Positions 58,120 through 64,000 of a stretch of 64,000 nucleotides of DNA are shown one piece after another. The notes under the pieces were generated by a model. That model searched no databases and had not been told where the DNA came from. It saw only the letters and a program-made list of their open reading frames with translations. Position numbers and translations under genes: made by a program. The stretch is from contig OZ024748.1 of assembly GCA_964016885.1 (NCBI GenBank), forward strand, positions 33,294,001 through 33,358,000. Direction: 5' to 3'. The DNA is from Eledone cirrhosa. Lineage: Eukaryota. Position 1 is the first letter of the stretch. Each line of letters starts with the position of its first letter.

Positions 58120-58425
58120 ATATATTGGCATAAGTTATATAATATATATATTACATAAGATATATAATATATATATTGACATAAGATATATATATATATA
58201 TATATTGACATAAGATATAATATATATATATATACATTGACATAAGATATATATATATTGGCATAAGATATATATATATATTGACATAAGATATATATAT
58301 ATATATTGACAAGATGTATATATATATATTGACATAAGATAGATATATATATATTGATATAAGATGTATATATATATATTGACATAATATTTATATATAT
58401 ATTGACATAAGATATATATATATAT
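58120..58425. repeat. Minisatellite ATTGACATAAGA(TA)n, ~25 bp unit
   Basis: About a dozen visible units. Confidence 0.85.
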
Positions 58426-59575
58426 ACTAGCAGGGGTACCCGGCGTTGCACGGGATAAGGTATTTTGGAACGCGGGCCGCCAACAGACCTAATCGTGGAA
58501 AAACTGCATGCCTGGACAATATGTGAAGAAAATAAACTGGATAATCTTTAAGATTTTCCTCGATTAAGCAGGAAAAATGCAAGTTTTCGCCTTATGCAGG
58601 CCCTAGGGGATCAAGAAAATGAATTTTTTTTATGTGCATAATATGCCTTGAAATTTCGAGAAAATCGGCTAGACATAATGCCTAAATAAAGCTCTAAAAA
58701 CCGAATACTCTGTTGCAATTAGTATTAGGTATGCTTCTCCTTCCACGTGGAGAAAATTGGCTTGGTGCTTTTGTACTTTAATAAAGTGGCATGAGTCAGC
58801 AGGACACATGTCACCACTTATGTCAGAGGGAGTCTGCAATGCTTGAGCAAGGCATGATGTGCAATTGGACAGCATATGGAGCCTTCTCGAAGGAGTCCAC
58901 CGCACCTTAGTAAGTAAACACAACTGGACAAACGTTTACCAAACTGTGGCTCTAATTTAACAAATTTAAAGAGGAATGGTGCAATAAAATTAGGCGCGTG
59001 CGCATTCACTGGCAGCCCTAGACGAAAGGGTCGCCATCAGCTATTTCAAGGACCCTTAAAAGGGCCGTGTAAACCGTTCACTGACACCCCAGTAAGGAGG
59101 GGTAACCATCAACAATTTTAAATGGTGGCCCTAAAAAGGGCCATGTGAGCGTTCACTTGTCGCCCTTAATAGTGACTTTGACTGCGTTCTCTGACATTTG
59201 AAGGAGGGTGTTACGGTTGCTTCCGCTGGTAGCCTTTAGAATGAATCAGAATGCGTTCGCGGTCCGTTTAACAGCCATACATTGACACGCTAGACAGATA
59301 TTATAAGGGCGCAACATTATGTGTATGTATTTATCTAAAATGAGAAAGACTAAGAATTATAGAGAGAGATCACTAAATCGCCTAATGCGGTCCCTAGGGC
59401 ATTGAAAATTTGAAATTTATTTTGCTCAGAACACTCCCTGAAACAAAAGTATTACATGTGTAAAGTATGAAAATAGTCGGTTGGGTGCTTCTCGAGTTTT
59501 AGGGATTCAAACTCACACACACACACAGACAGACATCCATAATTCGCATAAAAATATAAAATCAAAACGAAAATA
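58426..59575 (-). mobile_element. Non-autonomous Helitron-like element
   Basis: Minus-strand 3' end CCCGTGCAACGCCGGG hairpin + CTGCTAGT; (CA)n-ACAGACAGAC tract near the other end; far boundary approximate. Confidence 0.55.
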
Positions 59576-59580
59576 TATAT

Positions 59581-59912
59581 ATCATCATCATTTTACGTCC
59601 GCTTTTCCCTGCTTGCAAGGGTGGGACGGGAACTGATTCTGGCTTGATTTCTACAGCTGGATGCCCTTCCTAACACCAACCTCATTTACAGTGAGTGCTG
59701 GGTGTTTTTTTGTCGTGACACCGCCACGACCACTTTGCAGTGGAATGATAGGGACCCCAGTCCTATCATCTCATTTCTACAGCTGAGTAAACTGGAGCAA
59801 TGTGAAATAAAGGGTCTTGCTCAAGGAAACAACACACCACCCGGTCTGAGAATTGAACTCACAACCTTTCGATTGCAAAGCCAATGCTCTAACCAGTAAG
59901 CCATGTGCCTCC
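59581..59912 (-). mobile_element. tRNA-head SINE with RTE-derived tail
   Basis: Minus strand GGAGGCACATGGCTTACTGGTTAGAGC..GAGTTCAATTC (A/B boxes), body CCTTGAGCAAGAC..ACTCAGCTG, RTE 3' UTR and (ATG)n tail. Confidence 0.75.
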
Positions 59913-61290
59913 ATATATATATACAGATTTTCTACAATACTAAGCGGTAAAATAGTAACTTTTGTTCTCGTAAAGGCACGTAAGTAAGCAACACTGTGAA
60001 AACTGAAGCTATTATAGTGATGTTTTTCTTTACCAGCTTTAATTTTTAATGTTGTGTGAAATATATAACCTGTAAACTTGATTTTTGAATTGCAACAGGA
60101 TCGACTTTATTTCATACAGGAGCTTGTCAACAGGTGTACCTGTATTTTATGAACTTCACATATGAGAGAATAACTAACTTCTAATGAGTACATGGTGCCA
60201 ACGAATAGGCTGTGCGAATCAGCCCAAGGTGGCTTGAATAAGCTATTAGGTCGCTAAAAATAGCAGTCCATAGCGAATCAAGTAGACCATGATTTATAAG
60301 TATATATATATACATACACACATATAAGTGACCACAGCTATAAGAGATATACAATATGCTAATAAACTATAGACATATTTATTTTGATATATAGAGAGAA
60401 CTTCTGTGGGACAAGAACGTTTCTATTAGTAAGAAACAGGCCTAGACCTGTAGAAGTCATTTCTGTAATAAAGTAAAAATATATTATATAAACACACATA
60501 CAAACATTTATTCATGTATGTGGAGTACAACTATATCTACATTAGTGTGATTGAACATAGAAGGAAATAGTTGCAGAACAAACTCCCTAACCACACAGCT
60601 ACGACTGCGATTAAACTTAAGAAAGAAATAATAATATTGAAGATGTTAAAATATATCAGGGACTTTTACTATAAGACACCGGTGACTAATGTGTCCATTT
60701 TAATTTTAAGTGTGTAAAGAGTGATTTGGCTGCTATGTCTAGCAGGTCAAGTATTAAGGTAAGATACTCACTCAGAGATACGTAATAATTATTTTACTGG
60801 GTAATGATTATCTTGTGTTAAGGGGAAAGTTAATATTCTGTAGATAACATAGAGTGAGCTACATGTTTCAGGGTAGGTGTTCCATCACCTACATGATTAA
60901 ATATTTCATTTCACGAGAAACTACGCTATATCGTGATTTGGTTGTTCCACATTTTACAGGACAGTGAGAAATAGGTTTAAATCACCAACATCTGAACAAT
61001 TAGCTTTCCTGGACTTTTGACTTTACACTTGGACTTGAAATATAAAGTATGTATTACTTGTGTTGTTAACACAGCAGATATTGTGTACTTTTCTACATTT
61101 CATGGTGAACAATCGGGATTTATTAAGACATAAACATACACACACACATAAATACATATATATATGCATAGACACAACACAACCAAATACACACTACAAT
61201 TTTCATACCCCGACATCAGTCTTACACGGTCATATCAATTCTGAACTTTTATATCTACTCTGAAATGTTAAGAATTCTTCAAGAATTACT

Positions 61291-61970
<680 letters not shown>

Positions 61971-62271
61971 GAGATAAGACCACAAAGTACCAAGCCCTCA
62001 TGTATGACATGAGAAGGAATTGGCACCTTCAGGAGATAACGCTGATCCCAATAATGATAGGAGCCACAGGCCTCATGAAAAACAACCTGACCAAGATCCC
62101 AGGTAAACTAAAATCCTGTTAGATACAAACTGCAGCACTGAGGGGGTACAGTGCATATCTTGAAGAGGACTCTTGGGTGCTATACATAGCAACCTCTGGT
62201 AAATGTCTGGCATCAGGGTTGATGCCCTATTACCAGTTAGATACCAAAAGTAAAGGACATAACCCCAAAAG
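61971..62271 (+). mobile_element. 5'-truncated R4/Dong-like (RLE) non-LTR retrotransposon end with 7-bp TSD
   Basis: Manual translation KYQALMYDMRRNWHLQEITLIPIMIGATG..KIPG..IQTAAL..GTVHILKRTLG. AGGGAAA flanks both sides (61964-70, 62272-78) and ZNF sequence resumes after it. Confidence 0.7.
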
Positions 62272-62384
62272 AGGGAAACATTTTAACTATGAAGCATGAG
62301 ACATCTGGTCTCTTACAAATCTAAATTTATTGTCCGCCATCATTATGAGGCAACCTTTACAAGACTCCAAAAAATGCTTGACAT

Positions 62385-63590
62385 ATAAACCAGGGTGAAG
62401 AAAGCCTGGCTGTAAGTACCAGAGGACACAGAAAAGGGGATAGCTGCAGTCTGTTGGCTGAGTGACTTGGAATTGAGGGGGTTGCATGCCATGTACCACA
62501 TGCGAGTAAATAGGACTCTCTTCCTAACCAGAAGAATCGACTCCGACAGAGAGTGGTCGGAGGTTGCAACAGTCTATCAACCCTGCCCCAGGTGTGCATG
62601 GGACAAGCAGCATCCTGGAGCAGCACAACTAGAAGCGATTGGCGGTGGATTTGACACACTAGCGACAAGGGACGTATCTCTCAATGGTCGATTGTGGGCT
62701 GGGACTGATGGTAATATGGAGGGAAATGAAGACAGGGACTGCAGAGTAAAATTGCGTGGATGCTGAGAGATATTTTTGGAGCGGGGCCCTGTAGATGAAG
62801 TGCTGAAAGACAACAGCACAGTGTTTCACTCGGAGATGCTGAGGGAAATGCTTGACAAGTAGAAGGTGAACCACTTCTTCAGAGCGGCATACAGGCCAAG
62901 CAGAAATGGGATTGTGGAGAGACACTATTGCACGATCAAGGCCATGGCAGAAAGAGGGCACATTTCACCAATGGAGGCAATGTTTTGGTACAACATGTCT
63001 CCTTGGGTGGGACAGGCCGAGAGTCGGTGCCACACAGGGCAATATGTAGATACAAATGGCGACACCCGTAGACAGTACCACAGCAGCCAGTGGAGAGAGA
63101 GAACGCTTTCGTATGAGTGAGCGAAGAGGTATGGGGTCAAGCCCCCAAACATTTGCTGCACATCTCAATGAGGAAAGGGAATGGTAACAGCTGTAAATTC
63201 CCAAAACAACGTGTCTGTGGACGGAATGCCACGGCAAGTCTTGGACGTCCGTAAAGTTATTGTTGTGATGGACTTTGAGGAAGAGGAAAACGAAAGTGTT
63301 GACCCAACAGTGCAGATATCGCAATGGGACCGCTGACCACCCAGGTGGATGGCGGATTTTGACATGGAGCAATATGATGGGGGGTGATTGAACCATGAGA
63401 TCAGGGGAGGGGGAGGTTGCCAAAAGTTGGGGGACGCCTGACCAGAAGGACGGACGAGTGACGTCACATGAAGGTTCAGGTGCTCCTGACCGGACCCTTT
63501 CCCTAGCAGTCCGTGTCAAGTGAAGACGTGTGGTGTGAAGTGAGACTGAGAGAGGCTCTGATACCCTCGAGTTGGATGTATGACACGTGG
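62385..63590 (+). pseudogene. Gypsy-like LTR retrotransposon integrase remnant with PPT and probable 3' LTR piece
   Basis: IFLERGPVDEVLKDNSTVF..FFRAAYRPSRNGIVERHYCTIK..FWYN; purine tract GGGGAGGGGGAGG at ~63404-63416. Confidence 0.75.
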
Positions 63591-63862
63591 TAAGTCCAAA
63601 TGCATCCGGTTATAATTACAATTATTAATTCTTTCATTACTGAAATATCATTGGAAGGATTTACTCAAGATTTTAATTATTAATAATTTTATTAGTAACT
63701 TAATATGTTGTTCTTGTATAGAATTATGTTGGAAGAGACACACAAAATATATATATAAACGGAAAAAATGAAACGAAATTTCATTTCTCACTCTTAGTAC
63801 GGCTGTTACTTAAATATAAGTATGTATACGTACATACATATATGTATACAGACGTACAGTAG

Positions 63863-63893
<31 letters not shown>

Positions 63894-64000
63894 GCACACA
63901 TATATATATGTACGTATGGATTCACCGAACAATTATTATAATGCTCGGTGTGTTTGTAAACAAACATACCGTATTAAGCAGTAGTGTTTAGCAACCATCG

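Noticed and set aside
58120-58425. CRISPR-like regular repeats
   Set aside because: Spacers are just (TA)n; eukaryotic minisatellite with no cas genes.

Overview
AT-rich, repeat-dominated eukaryotic DNA. The (TA)n/(CA)n seas, RTE LINEs, tRNA-SINEs and C2H2 zinc-finger paralogs suggest an invertebrate, probably a cephalopod such as octopus (inference only). There is no intact host gene. The window contains: one apparently intact, very recent Penelope-like element (PLE; RT + GIY-YIG, ORF 1681/1828-3981) with near-identical pseudo-LTRs and an inverted partial copy; three decayed PLEs with inverted-arm structure (26400-29445, 29991-35614, 43706-46758); several non-coding tandem or fold-back elements; CR1-, RTE-, Tx1/L1- and R4-type LINE remnants; SINEs; a Helitron-like element; LTR/Gypsy remnants; two C2H2-ZNF pseudogenes; and a 200-N gap. 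The main hidden signal, found by reading by eye, is about 20 type I hammerhead ribozyme (HHR) motifs in 9 sequence families. Nearly all lie in PLE pseudo-LTRs or in non-coding PLE-like/retrozyme-like units. Each family has its own self-complementary stem III. Two families use a covaried U3-A8 core (UUGAGAA), and three carry very large stem II insertions (54-115 nt). The long IY/YI/VC ORFs in the track are microsatellite artefacts. Coordinates were counted by hand and may be off by a few bases.
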